A stretch of 64,000 nt of DNA from Flectonema sp. DT1601. Taxonomy: Eukaryota. A program made the position numbers and the translations under genes. Below are positions 11,661 to 24,465 of the stretch, one piece after another (position 1 is the stretch's first letter; each line of letters starts with the position of its first letter). The notes under the pieces were generated by a model. The model ran no database searches and was not told where the DNA came from. It saw only the letters and a program-made list of their open reading frames with translations. The stretch spans positions 868,001-932,000 of the forward strand of contig OZ025785.1 of the NCBI GenBank assembly GCA_964019425.1. The letters are read 5' to 3'.

Positions 11661-13181
11661 TTTATTGTTCTTTCTTTCTTCTCTCCGCCCGGTTGTTTTG
11701 CTTAATCTGAAATGGGGGAGAAGTTAAATTATTATATCAGCGCAGAAAGAAATAAGAAATCCTCCAGTTTGTCATAAGGCGACCCTCGTCAGCACACGTT
11801 TTATGATGCAACAAGAAAGAGAGAGAGAGAGAGAGAGATTGGTTGGAACTCGTACTCGAATGGCTTACATGATTGCACATGAGCGGAAGACCAAAACAAA
11901 ACAAAAAGTGTAATCAAAGTGCAGCTTAGAATCGAATTCTGTTTATATGAAATGAGAAACTTAATAGATTCTGATCGTTTTAAACAAAAAATAAGATCAA
12001 ATAAAAGTGTTGGAAATGAAAGCTGTCAGCAAGTTATGAACACAACAAGAACACCTGTGAAGAAATCTACAGGTCTTAACGTGATAATAAATCATTTTAT
12101 TTCATGTATCGCAGTCAGGGAAGCCAAACCTCTGAAGAAGCTCACATCATTCAGTGAAACTCTCACAAGCGAGAGACAGGATTGACTAGAATTAAGTGAC
12201 TACCCAGACCTACTGCATGCACGAAGCAGGCAGTGTAAGAGACGGCTGATAACGCCAAGAGGCTATGAGTGAATCAAAGCGTAAATTAGTTAGATTGAGG
12301 AAATTGAACTAAAACAAACTAAATATGACATGCCACTAATAAATTGGTTTTGGTAAGTATCAGTAGATAAACCGAAAAGCAACCGAAAAAGCGTATCAAA
12401 AGAAAAGAGGTAAGAAGCTAGTTTTCACCCTCCATATGAGTAAAACAGAAAGAATTGGAATCTAGTGACAGGCTGTCACACAAAATTGATTATTTATTTC
12501 ATCTTTTTTATCTTATTGTCAGATAAAATACATCATTGTGATCCACTCTCTCAGAGAGACCTATTGCCGTTAATACACAACACAACATCTAATCAAAATG
12601 ATGTTGTTTTTTTTTTCCCTTTTTTTTGACAAGAAGAAGCTCGGGGGCAAAAAACACCGTTATGAGTAAAACAGATTTAAAAAGAAAACAAAGAAAAGAG
12701 AAAAAAGAACGAAGATTTTAAAATTATTTATTTAGAACTTGCAATCCATCTAACGGAGAAGTCGTGAACAAGATTGAGAAACAATCCAACTAAAGGAAGG
12801 CTAGTTTTGACAACTTTAAAAAACAGAACAGTAACACAAAACTTCGTAAATTACTAAAAAGACTAGCAATCGAAGTTCAGAATTTAGTTATGCCAGCGGG
12901 GAAGTGATAGTTTGTAGAAACAGTAATGGGTAATAAGGTTAAAACTGAAAAAAAAAAAAAAGAAAAAAAAAATGACATCAGAACAATAAAGCTACCATTT
13001 TTAGAATACCATAAAAAAGATTAGCATGTCAGGTAAATCCCACAAACCAACCAAAAGTGAAAACCACTAACTAATAAAGACAGTCGATAAGTACTATCAC
13101 TCTATACTTTAGAGTTACTAAGTAACTTATACACATCAAAACAGTAGTACAGTAATGAATAGATTTCATGTGATTGGTTTA

Positions 13182-13976
13182 TTAAGCCATTTGCTGAATT
13201 GTAGAAATGTTGACCCTGTTCTTCCAGTTATTCTTTAGACGAGTGTATCCATTATTTGATTTGGTCTCACTCCAAAGCATAGTCCATTGAACAATCTGTT
13301 CTGGTGTTGTGCTTTCTGGGATGTCAGCTACCCCTCCATAGTGTGGACAACAAATACCACCATCACTACCTGATGACAAGCTTCCTATAAGTGGAGATCC
13401 TGCTACACGTGCTCCGTGAACAGTTGTGACTTTGTAGTCTGAAGTAGGGCAGCATAACATACAGCAGGCTCTCTTATCACGAATGCAGCATCCCCTAACA
13501 GCATAATATTCGTGTTCTCCATGGATACCAAGTTCTTCAGACCCGTCTATTCCGTTTGCTACGAAGAAGTCAACACTAGCAGGCTGAGTATAAAATGACC
13601 ATCTGGAACAAGTAGCAGCATACGCCATGTTTAAAGTCCAGAATACAGGACTGGTCATGGCATTTATCGACATTGATTCTACTTCATTATTCCTATTGCT
13701 ATTTAAGAATGAAGACGATCCTCCACAACATATTGGATACTGAATCTTACCTTCAGTGATTCCACTTACAGTTACCCTGTTATCACAACATAGGTACTTA
13801 CAATAGTCTCTTAGTGTTCGTCGTATTTTTAATATTGTTTTAGAATCCCAGCTGGATAGTTTAACATCTGTTTGATAGCAGCAACACAAACAAGTCGGTC
13901 GGTACTCCATCATTATTTTCATTCTATTTCCAGGTGGGAGGGTCAGTGCATGCTGAGCTAGTGGGATTCTTTCCAT
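13182..13976 (-). CDS. Cys-rich protein, possibly phospholipid scramblase/Tubby-like fold
   Basis: Long ORF, ATG at 13976 in AAAATG context. Recurrent CC/CCC clusters (CLCCC, YLCC, ICCG, GCC, CCMLCC) and an ILKIRR strand, as seen in scramblases. The family call is tentative. Confidence 0.55.
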   Translation of the reverse strand: MERIPLAQHALTLPPGNRMKIMMEYRPTCLCCCYQTDVKLSSWDSKTILKIRRTLRDYCKYLCCDNRVTVSGITEGKIQYPICCGGSSSFLNSNRNNEVESMSINAMTSPVFWTLNMAYAATCSRWSFYTQPASVDFFVANGIDGSEELGIHGEHEYYAVRGCCIRDKRACCMLCCPTSDYKVTTVHGARVAGSPLIGSLSSGSDGGICCPHYGGVADIPESTTPEQIVQWTMLWSETKSNNGYTRLKNNWKNRVNISTIQQMA

Positions 13977-16348
13977 TTTTAATCTGATATATATATAAAA
14001 CACTCCCCCTCCTAATTAGGAAAAATATATTTTTAAAACTTAAAACAACAAATCAGGCAAACTCAACAAAGCGCTAACCACAGATGCGTGTTACCTATAT
14101 AAAAGTAAATAGACGCTTATCTAATGACACGGACAGACAACAATATTTTGAGCAAAAAAAGCAGGTACCAGAAAACATGAACGATATGATTACTATTTGG
14201 GTGCGAGGAGGGTCGAGAACGAAGATGCCATCGCAACCGAAGGTCGCATGCAGGAACAAGACACTTTTAAGTCATGGCTTAAAAGACGAAACAAGGGGGG
14301 GAAATGAAACATGACCAAATAACAGGTAAGGAGGATGGGATGTGAGAAATGGGTGTTAGCCGAGAAATGCGATCCTCGGGAAAGTCACAAACGATAATAC
14401 TGAATTCACAACATATGTTTTTCTTTTTTTAATTTTGCTTTGTTTTGTTTTGTTTTTTTTCTTTCCCTGAGCGTTTCCTTTAAGGCACCGCACTACAAGA
14501 GCCTTAGACAGTTTACTATGTGGGAAAATTGTTTTTTCTCGCTCCATTTTTTTTCGTTCTTTTTAGATTCATTTTCCTTCTGTATCTTAGCCACAGGCGG
14601 GAGAAAAAAACAGTAACTTTTTATTTATTTTTATCATTATTATTGTTGCTCCAAAAGTATTCAAACAGGAACATAATATAAGACACCTCGAAAAAAAAGA
14701 ATTTTAAAAAAAAAAAAGAAAAGACAAGAAAAATTGACAGAAAAAAATGATCGTTCTCTCCGGGCTTGCCAAAGCTGTTTTCTTTTTTTTCTCTCTTTTT
14801 CTTTTTGGTTTGTGGGTCCGAACTCTGCCAATCATAGAAAGCGCTGATATGTGACACGATTGGATACTCATATTTTTTTTTTCCCTTTTCAGATAAGACT
14901 TGAGGGACATTATCAAAGTTAACTAAATAATTTATTAGTGATTTATAAATTATACAGAAACGGTAAACTATGACAAGACTCACACAGTTGACTAAAGGGG
15001 GAAAAAGCACACATGAAAATACCATAACCAAGTAGCACTGATTATTTGGTTGTTGTTGTTGTTGTTATTGTTGTTGTTGTTTTCCCACGGGGGGGTGATA
15101 GTTGATTGATTATACAAATTACAAACTGTATTCCATCATTGTATGAACGGTAATTTAACATCTGTTAACGACATACTCAACCTTACCTTTTGAAGTAGTT
15201 ATGAGGATTTGAGAGTATCCCATCTGTGGAAGTCAGTCAGTCAATTATTAAGACTGAATCACCCTCAGTTAGAAAGCCTGGAGGGTTGTTACTTTCAAGG
15301 GGGGGGAAAAGAACACATGAAGATATCAGAACCGTAGTATTCGCATTGTTTATTGTTTTTTTTTTCTTTTTTTTTTCCTCCTCAAGTCGCTACCTTTTCG
15401 GAGGAAAAAAGAAGAAAAAAAAACAGATGGCTCACTACATAAAAATAAGTTTTATACACAAAAATAGTTATATTCCATTTTGTCACAGTGCAAAATGGAA
15501 AAAAGAATCGGCAAATTTCACTTTTTTACTTACTCACTCACACTTTTATTTTGTTTGTGCGCAACCGGTAGAAACTCCTAATAAAGGAATAGGTTAGTTA
15601 CGCTGCCACAATTCTCTTTCTACCGACAATGGGTTTTGTAGGTACAAAAAAAATAAATCATCACACGGAGACATAATAATCACATCCGTTGCACAACAAA
15701 TTAGATTTTTTTTTTTTTTTTTTTTTTTTTTCCCTTCTTATTTTTCAAATCCATTCTCAGCTCTTCATTCAAAAGACGAAAAGGATGAAACACGCGGAGA
15801 TGTAATAAATTGCTTAAGTTGAAACTGGGCTCTTCATTAAGCCCCTACTGGAGAGTATCCAAGCAATGTAAGTACTAAACGACGACAAGGTCCTTGTTTC
15901 TTCATTTACGTATTTAACTTTACGAGAAAAAGAAAATCGGGTTCCTTTTTTTTTAACGATGATATTATTACAGCCATTAAGGCAGCTTAGCACGGTGCAC
16001 ACAGTAAGAAACCTACACAGAGGCACCATAAAATAATAACTTTCCGTCTACTTTTTTTCTTTATTTTATTTTTTTTTGGCCGAATTAGTATGATCGTGCT
16101 AACAAAAAGAGAAAAAACAGAGGAAAAAAAAAGAAATTCGCAAATAGTACTAGCGGAAGTTATTATAAATAAATAATCAAGCAATCAATAAATCGTAAGG
16201 ACACTTCGTTTAAACATTGACCGCAGCGGGCAATGTTTTAACCCAATTAGGGAAGCGAAACCCTTTTTCATATTAAGATATAAAGATTGAACACGCGGAT
16301 TCATTTTCTTTTTCCCACCAATAATAGTATAATGATGAGGGAGACGAC

Positions 16349-16379
<31 letters not shown>

Positions 16380-17183
16380 TCCACTCCATTAATTTAATAC
16401 AAAATAAACAAACGCAAAATAACGTAAAACGTTATTATTGAAGAATTGCGATGCCAATCGCATTCATCCATTATTATTTTTTTTTTTTTTCTTTTTTAAT
16501 AATTCAGGTAGTTTGTCAACCAACGAAACGGGCCGTCACCTACAGCAGCAGCCGAAAAAAAAGTGTACCCGGGAGAAAGAAACACAATGACGGCTTCAAA
16601 TAATACATTCGACATTAGCACACGAATGTTCCTGCTCACGATACTGAAAAAGGGAAAGAGCACATCAACATCAAAGCTTGTTTATACTTTGAGTGGTGGT
16701 AAGAGAGAGCACCATCCATCGTCAGTAGCGTTCAAACTATAAATCACAAGTTGGATGAAAAAAATACTAACTATTACTCGTTACAACAATACGTCAGCCA
16801 GTTCAGTAGCTAATAATAAATCTGAAGTTACATCACACTAATGAGCGTAACTAACTCAGAATAGACAGAAAAAGAAAACGTGTCCCAACGAGAAGATTCA
16901 CGCAGCTTCATTTTTTTTTTTTCAAAAAAAAAAACAGAAAACACTATCGTCACATACATAGTTACACATCTCATACAACGCAGCTGTCTTTTTCCATTCA
17001 AGAAGAGGTTACAGACACTGAATGATGCTATAGGTTCCTCACAAGGCATGAGAACTACTTTAATAAAACGATATTTAAAACCGACTAAGGAAAAGGATAG
17101 GGAGGATGAAAATTTTAAAAAAAATATGTAAAAAAATCATACAAAAATTGAAGGAACTGCACGGTTATATTTATTTTCTCTCT

Positions 17184-17214
<31 letters not shown>

Positions 17215-17833
17215 CATCATTGTCATTTTGTTATGGAAAGAAAAAAAAAATAAAAAAAATTATAAAAAAATTATTAAAAAATAAAAATAAAAAGACGGAT
17301 TTTTAAATTTTTTTTTTGTTTGTTTGTTCGTTTTTTTTTGTATCAAAAAAACTACTGAAGTCAGTCGTGTCTGTCAGAAGGCTTACGAGTAGCAACACAA
17401 ACATTCACAGCACAGATTCATACTAGATAAGTAGCCTCAAGGTTCCACTACAACACAATACACAATTAATGAAAACACATCACAGAATACCACACAATAC
17501 AAGCAGTTTAAAAAACAGTTAGACTATTTTTTTTTAATATCAAAAAAAAAAAAAACAACAAACCGAAGGCACTCATCTCAGTCTTTTTTTTTTTGTGTTG
17601 TCTTTTAACAATTACACAGTCAAAACATCCGCAATGAAAGGTAGTGACTTGATGAATGATATAAATTTTATGTAGTTTTAGAGATTCTTGTGTAGTTCAC
17701 AAGAATGAAAGTTAAGTCTGAAAAGTCATCACACAATTGAACATCTCTCTTTGCCTTTTTTCCCTTCTGACGAAATCACCTGGGAAAAAATTGGAGCTCA
17801 CCAATTACTTCAGAAACGACCTAATTATCTAAT

Positions 17834-17875
<42 letters not shown>

Positions 17876-18405
17876 CTTTCTTGAAAACACTCATCCGTCT
17901 GAAGGTTGGAAAAGAATGAGAATGAAAAAACAACGAGTACAACATTCACGCGTAGATCACGCAACGTATAACACTAACATTAACAAAAACCCCAAATATG
18001 AAATAAATGGAAGACATGAAAGAAAAAAACATAAATAATTTTTTTTAAAAAAAAAAAAGAACACGTGTCCAGAAAAAAAGAAAAAAGAAAAACCGTTTGT
18101 CCACTAAAGTTACTATTTTCTGTTAACATTCTGCGTGTATGTAGGGAGGGGGGAATTCTAAAAAAGAAGAGACCAGGTGAATAAAAACAACACACTTTCC
18201 ACTTCCTACATCCTCCTTCAAAGACACAAATAAACATCACGGCAGTAACCAGCAGTTTTCAAATAGTCAACAAACCTAAAAAGACTAAAGCCACCAATAG
18301 GCTTAAAACATAAAATTGAAAAAAAAAAGTGCTGTACTTTTGTGGGATGTCAATTTTGAAGAGGGAAAACAACAAAAAAAAAAAGAAAATAATTTTTTTT
18401 TTTAA

Positions 18406-20122
18406 CCCTCTAATAAGAGGCCAAAAACCCTGTTTTTGAGAAAAATCGAAAAATTTGACAAAGGGGAAAAGGGGTGTGGGGAAAAATACAAAAAAATTAC
18501 AGGGTGAAAGACACCCCCCCGCGCATTGAAAAAAAACTGAGGTCAGCCCGCAAGGGGGCCAAAATAACTTGAGAAAATGCAACAACAGCCTAAAAAAACA
18601 CTGTTACTTAGGACCCCTGGGTTCGCTTTGATTTTGGCAATGTTGTAGGAGTAGAGTGCTTCCGTTTCATGTTTTTCGGTGGGATATGATTGTGTGTAGC
18701 AAAGGTATGGTTGTTGCAAACAGGGGCTGAATACTTGTCAATATTTTCGTGATATTGTTCGAAGCAGGGATCCATGCATAAGAAAACCTCGCTTTTTGAA
18801 CAAGAAATCGATGACCTTACTTTTTTTGAGAACAAATCCGTGAACTGCAGTCCCCAAAAATACCGAATTTTCGTAGGTAGTGACATTTTGTGTGAGTTTG
18901 GTGTGTTCCGTGATCAATAAGTTGAGAACATAGCCTCTTTTTGAACTGAGCATATGTCCCGACGTCTTTTTCAGACTTCTTTTGGAGGGTGAAAACATTG
19001 AAGATAGAAATCTCTAACAAGTAGTGAAAGACTTTCAGGGTCCAGCGTTTTGTCATCAGAGTTCTTCTTGCCTTCCCCCTGATACCGTCTACGAGGTCAA
19101 CACCACCCATTAGTTTGTTGTACTGATGGATCTGTACTGGTAAGTCGATAGTCACTTTTTGATAGATTTCCTTATTTTAGTCCATCACGTGGCTGTCTCA
19201 TAATTCTCCTCGAGAGGCAATGTGCTGAAGACATATACTTCTTTTGGATTGTCCCTGAATTTATGTGATGCACATTGTGCTAGGACTGAAAGTACGAGGC
19301 AGAGAACTTCTCCACCCGTCCCTGCGCCTCCGCCTTATTAATCTCGGACCATTTGGGAACTATTGTTTCCCAAAAGCTGCGGATTTTGTAGAGCTTGTCA
19401 GTAGGTACGGGGTTGGTGACAGTGTAAAACTTTAGATTGGTTCGAATTTAGAGGAACCGATCTCAGGAAGCGAAGTGGGGTGTGTACGCTGGGTCTGATG
19501 TACCATTCCTGTAATCTGAGATATTTGGTTTATCACAGAGACCCACGAGGATATTGAGTCCTAAAGAGAGTTTGAGTTCAGCTACGTTAAGATTGAGTGC
19601 CTAGTTGTTGCTGCAGTGCGAAATCATCTCATCACCTTTGGGGTGAACACAAGTTCAAATTTCTGCAGTTCCTTCATCAATTTCAGGTCTGACATGTCCT
19701 GCAAGGACCGCCGAAACGTGTGTCGTCTTACCTTGGTGATTTTCTTGCTCCATTTCAGAGGGGAAATGCTTGGCTCTATTGTACTCTTTTCATCGCTCGA
19801 AGAAGACTCAGGAGCACCCGAATCTGGGATAGGTGACCCTACTGAATCATTTTCGATGGAAATAGTTTTAGGGATTTTAATTTTTGGCTGAAAACATGGG
19901 ATAGTCATGGGCAACCTGGCTAAGACTGTTCCCAGTGCAGAAAAAAAAAAATGAACTTTTTCTCAGAAAAAGCTGGTGACTTTTGCAGCACGATCCCACA
20001 TAAAATTTGTCGTTTTTTGGCAGCTCTGGCTCCACCCTTGTACTCGCAAGGTACATTTTTCCCCTTTGTCAAAAAAAAAAAAACGCGAAAGGCCACTATA
20101 GTGGCCTTCAGGGCTTAAAGGG
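18406..20122 (-). mobile_element. Non-autonomous piggyBac element, ~1.7 kb
   Basis: TTAA at 18402-18405 and 20123-20126; termini CCCTCTAA / TTAAAGGG; perfect 17-bp subterminal inverted repeat TTTGACAAAGGGGAAAA (18454-18470) / TTTTCCCCTTTGTCAAA (20057-20073), each ~48 nt from its end; transposase remnants inside. Confidence 0.9.
18608..19914 (-). pseudogene. Degenerate piggyBac transposase
   Basis: Fragments in different frames: DKLYKIRSFWET (19364-19399), YNKLMGGVDLVD (~19087-19122, third catalytic Asp motif) and C-terminal Cys-rich VFLCMDPCFEQYH. Contains stops and frameshifts. Confidence 0.85.
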
Positions 20123-21282
20123 TTAATAAAAAATTGTTAACAAATACCTACCCACAACATTCGAAGAACTGAACCTGCAGTCACTACTCGAGTATCCGCT
20201 GCGAATAGAAACGCGAAGAATCTCGTACTCGACACACCATCCCGATGTCATTGGTAGATAATTGTTTTAGATTACAAAAGAAATGACACTCATTGTTTTC
20301 CAATTGTCGTCAATATCAGTCTTATTTTGAATAGTTGTTAGCAACATTTTTTTAAAACGCTTCCTTATAGTAGCCAAATGAGACGCGACAATAACAATCG
20401 ACTGACTTTAAAAAACTAATAAACACCACATGTTCAATATCCTCAAAACGTTTTCTCTTACCAGGAAAATTCAACGAGTGTCCCTACAAGGACTTCACAG
20501 CTATCAACTAACAAATGATAGAGTACAAAACAACATCGAAAAGAACGAATTTTCTTACAAATTGTTCTTACGAAAAAACCCCAAGCGAAATTAATATTTC
20601 ACTCCAACTAACGAGTAAATGGGCCGGCTCAATAAAACAAAAATAGCTAACAAAACAAAACCTAATAAGAATATGGGGATGGGGGGTAAAAGAAAAAAAA
20701 AAATAAGGAAAAAAGAATGAAAGACGTAATATAAAACAGAAGAAAAAAAAAAATGAAATTTTGAGTTTGAGTTTAAAGGCAACCCCCCAGCTACCATTAT
20801 ACTGCTATCTATTTATATTTTCTTTATGTGTGTGTTCGTTAAGATCTACCCACCCCGAGGGGGGTTCCTGTTAGATTGGAACACAAATCGCTCTGGACTC
20901 AGGGGAACGGGTTGTTTAGGGAGGTAAACAAGTGAAACATTAGTTGAACAGGAAGAAGGAACAAAAAATGTTTGTTTTTTTTTCCCCTTCTCTTTTTCTT
21001 GTTCCTCTTACTTGCCATGTCTAAGAAATCACTAAAATTCAAAAGAATCGATGCAAGCTTTGTAAGAACCCAAAAAAAAAAAAGAAAAACGGCTTCTTCG
21101 CATTCGTTTTCACAAATGCTGAAGAGGCATCTAGAGTGGTAAGGAGTACTTGGGTTAGTCGGGATAGCCTTAAGAAGGAAACCATCAATTGGTTCCTGAA
21201 TGAGTCTTTCATAAAGACTAATAACACATCAGTCAGTTCATTCAAAACAAAGCACATGTCCAAAGCCTTGTAATGAATACGT

Positions 21283-24200
21283 TTAACTCGCAGCAGGTGG
21301 AGGTGGAGGAGGTACCCAAACATCATCATCATCACTATCGTCATCATATTCTGGGAGAGGTTGATCATTTGGTTTTCTATCACTCGCCATCATAATACCT
21401 CTGAGAAGACCTGGAGGAGGTACAAATGGAGCAGGTGCAGCAACATGAGGTGTCGCAGGAGTTGGCATTGGACCAGTGTAGGAAGGCTTTACTCCTATTG
21501 CATTTGGATTTACCCCTCCGACTAGAAGACCTCCAGGCATATTTGATGATTGAACAGACGACTGAGGAACTTGAGACGACCTCACCGTTGTACTTCCTGT
21601 TGGAGTGTTTTGACTTTCTGACTGCCATTCAGCTGTTGGATTATCACTCTGAGATCCAATCGTTGGTGATGGAACACCTCTAGTTGATTCAACCGATGGG
21701 TCTTGTAAATTACGAAGTACTTGTACACTTCTAACATCTTCAGAACTAGAAACTGACATCCCTTCTCCCATTCTCAGAGGTGGTGGCGCTTCATCACCCA
21801 GTCTGAATAACACTTCTTCAGCACTCGGACGAGCGTATCTATTCCTCTGTAATGTCTGTCTAACTAAATCTTGAACAAGAGGACTGTATCCTCTATCAGC
21901 TAATGACTTGCTTACTTCATTATGAAATCCTTTACGACCAACGTGGACACACATTACTCGGCAAGACCGACTCTTTTTGTGACACATCGCGTATATAATA
22001 CAACCTAACGACCAGATATCAATTTTTGTATCGTAGGGACCATCAAAGGCTTCAGGGGCCATGAATGCTAGTGTCCCAGCATGTGTATGCATGTATGTCT
22101 TATCAACAAGTCTTGACAGACCAAAATCAGTAACCACAACCTGTTTACGATCCTTTGATAATAGAATATTCTCAGGCTTTAAATCTCTGTGAACAACCGG
22201 AGGAGATTGGCTGTGAAAGTGTAGTAAGACTTCACTTATTTGTCTCCCAAAACTTACAATTAATTGTTCAGGAATAGTCTTCTGAGGATATGATGAAATA
22301 AAAGCAGCTAAATCGCCCTGTTCATAATACGGTAGAACGATGTACACACAACTGGGTGCTGTGAATGATTCCACTATACTAATTAGTCCTTTATGAGGTG
22401 GTAGACTCTTTAAAATAGAAACTTCACGGCGGGCAATTCGGAAATCACGATCTGATCGACATTCAATTTTCTTAAGTGAAAACAGTACTTCGGTGTCTTT
22501 TTTTCTGACAAGATAAACCTGACCAAATCCCCCTCTCCCCAATTGACGAATAGTTTCGTATCCGAAACTTTCATTCTGAGGGACATATGAAAAGTGAACT
22601 ACATCTGTAGAACCCGCAGAGCAGTCTGCAGAACCAGCCGGACTCTTTCTGATAAGAGGAAGCTCATCCGGATGTACTTTTTTATTATAAACTCTCGACA
22701 TAGCGACTACAAGAATAATGACAACAGCAGCACCGCAGGAAGCAGCTGCGACTGGTGCCATCCATGCTGTTCGATCACCTACCGAAGCAGTTCTTGGTCT
22801 AGCTGAGACGTTTAATTGAATAACAGTCTCATTAGCAGTGTAGACTAAAAGTGTTCCTTCCTCGTTCACATCAAACGAATGCCAAGGCATCCATGTAGAG
22901 GTGTCAGGGGTTGGAAATGCCTGAGCCAGTTTCCCAGATAAAACTTCCGCTGGAATCAAATCGCCGCCAATTAAAATTGCATCGTATATTCTAACAGCGC
23001 GGGAATACATGTCTTTCCAAACTTTACTACTGTATGATCGATTTGCGCTGGCGATTGGTATCTTCCAAAGTAGTTGCCCATCAGTAAGTCGTAAAGCCAT
23101 TATAAAAGGGTCCTCGTATCCGGGATATTGCTGTTCATCATCTGTAAAATTACAATCAGGAAATATTCCAGAAATCCAAGTACAGTTGTACCAGGTACCG
23201 TTAACGAATGAAGATCCTCCCAGAAAGACTACATCACCTCTAATGACTGGAGGTGAAAGAGTAACATTTCTGTCAGCTACGTATCTCCACATAACAGAAT
23301 CATACATGAAAGGTGAGTCTTCCTTGGCTTTATTTGTGTCAACTGCCCACAAAGTACATCCAAACCAGAATATTGGAGGTGTGAAATTCAACGGAGGTAC
23401 GTCGCATGCTGTGAACAAAGCAGCACCACTACTTGATAACGAGGGACGGCCAATTGATGCAGGGAGGTCTATTTTCCAAAAAGGTTTACCTCCACCGTGA
23501 GTGATGGCTTCAACTCTACCATCTGGCTGTCCGAGAGGAGCGAGATCTCCACCATTGAAGTATGTTGTTGTTAAGAGAACTGTTTCACCTTCAGCAGCAA
23601 TTCTTGCTAACCATGGAGGTGCTCTACAGGGTGCAACCCAAGCACATTTACCAGTAGTAACGTTTAGAGCGTACACAAAGTTTTGTAAATTATTACTCGT
23701 ACTAACACCTGTCTTGTATACAATATCTCCAACCAGAATCGGTGATGTGAAATCTTCTCCAATTGGACCGATAGGGGCAAGCCAGTTAAGTTGTCCATCA
23801 GAAGCACGACGAGACACAACATGTCCTTCAGTAATGTTTGAGTTCACGTAGTAAATATTCCCACCTCCAGCTATGACGTTAGTCCCAGCTCTGACATCGA
23901 GTGTTGAGTTCCAGATATTATGACCTGTTGACTTGTTTAGAGCAAAGAATTCAGGTCCATTTACAACATTGTCTATTTGAACATAAACATGTCCATCAGC
24001 AACTACAGGTTGCATTGAGACGTGGAGGAATGATTCGTTATCTTCGTTAATTGATTGAATATCTTTCTCGAAATCAACATCTCCAGTTATCAAAGACCTC
24101 CTTTCAAGGTGACCTACCGTAGTGTTGCTCCACATGACATCTCCTCGTAATAGGACGATACTTTCTCCATCAATTGTTGGGCTTCCAACCATGAAGTCAA

Positions 24201-24465
24201 CCGTCTTTGTCCAGATTATCGGAGGATCTCCTAAAGCAGCTTTGCTGTGTGGTGACGGTTTGGGTGGTGCTGGTGGGTATGCCATCCATGTACCAAAACA
24301 CTTTGTTTGGCAATTTATTTGCAAACTACAAAAACTATCAGTGTCCCAGCAGCCATAACATTCACCTTCTTGACTACACAGATAACAACACTTTGAACTT
24401 CGTACTTCATAAAGTAACGTTGTGAATACAAACGTAATTAATAACAGTCTTGTTAGACTCATCAT
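21283..24465 (-). CDS. Receptor-type Ser/Thr kinase: signal peptide, Cys-rich segment, PQQ/BamB-like beta-propeller ectodomain, single TM helix, NEK-like kinase, Pro-rich tail
   Basis: Ectodomain repeats FALNKSTGHNIW, RASDGQLNW, YALNVTTGKCAW, ALRLTDGQLLW; TM segment AAVVIILVVAM; kinase motifs GRGGFGQV, HRDLKPEN, DFG, APE. Confidence 0.9.
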   Translation of the reverse strand: MMSLTRLLLITFVFTTLLYEVRSSKCCYLCSQEGECYGCWDTDSFCSLQINCQTKCFGTWMAYPPAPPKPSPHSKAALGDPPIIWTKTVDFMVGSPTIDGESIVLLRGDVMWSNTTVGHLERRSLITGDVDFEKDIQSINEDNESFLHVSMQPVVADGHVYVQIDNVVNGPEFFALNKSTGHNIWNSTLDVRAGTNVIAGGGNIYYVNSNITEGHVVSRRASDGQLNWLAPIGPIGEDFTSPILVGDIVYKTGVSTSNNLQNFVYALNVTTGKCAWVAPCRAPPWLARIAAEGETVLLTTTYFNGGDLAPLGQPDGRVEAITHGGGKPFWKIDLPASIGRPSLSSSGAALFTACDVPPLNFTPPIFWFGCTLWAVDTNKAKEDSPFMYDSVMWRYVADRNVTLSPPVIRGDVVFLGGSSFVNGTWYNCTWISGIFPDCNFTDDEQQYPGYEDPFIMALRLTDGQLLWKIPIASANRSYSSKVWKDMYSRAVRIYDAILIGGDLIPAEVLSGKLAQAFPTPDTSTWMPWHSFDVNEEGTLLVYTANETVIQLNVSARPRTASVGDRTAWMAPVAAASCGAAVVIILVVAMSRVYNKKVHPDELPLIRKSPAGSADCSAGSTDVVHFSYVPQNESFGYETIRQLGRGGFGQVYLVRKKDTEVLFSLKKIECRSDRDFRIARREVSILKSLPPHKGLISIVESFTAPSCVYIVLPYYEQGDLAAFISSYPQKTIPEQLIVSFGRQISEVLLHFHSQSPPVVHRDLKPENILLSKDRKQVVVTDFGLSRLVDKTYMHTHAGTLAFMAPEAFDGPYDTKIDIWSLGCIIYAMCHKKSRSCRVMCVHVGRKGFHNEVSKSLADRGYSPLVQDLVRQTLQRNRYARPSAEEVLFRLGDEAPPPLRMGEGMSVSSSEDVRSVQVLRNLQDPSVESTRGVPSPTIGSQSDNPTAEWQSESQNTPTGSTTVRSSQVPQSSVQSSNMPGGLLVGGVNPNAIGVKPSYTGPMPTPATPHVAAPAPFVPPPGLLRGIMMASDRKPNDQPLPEYDDDSDDDDVWVPPPPPPAAS

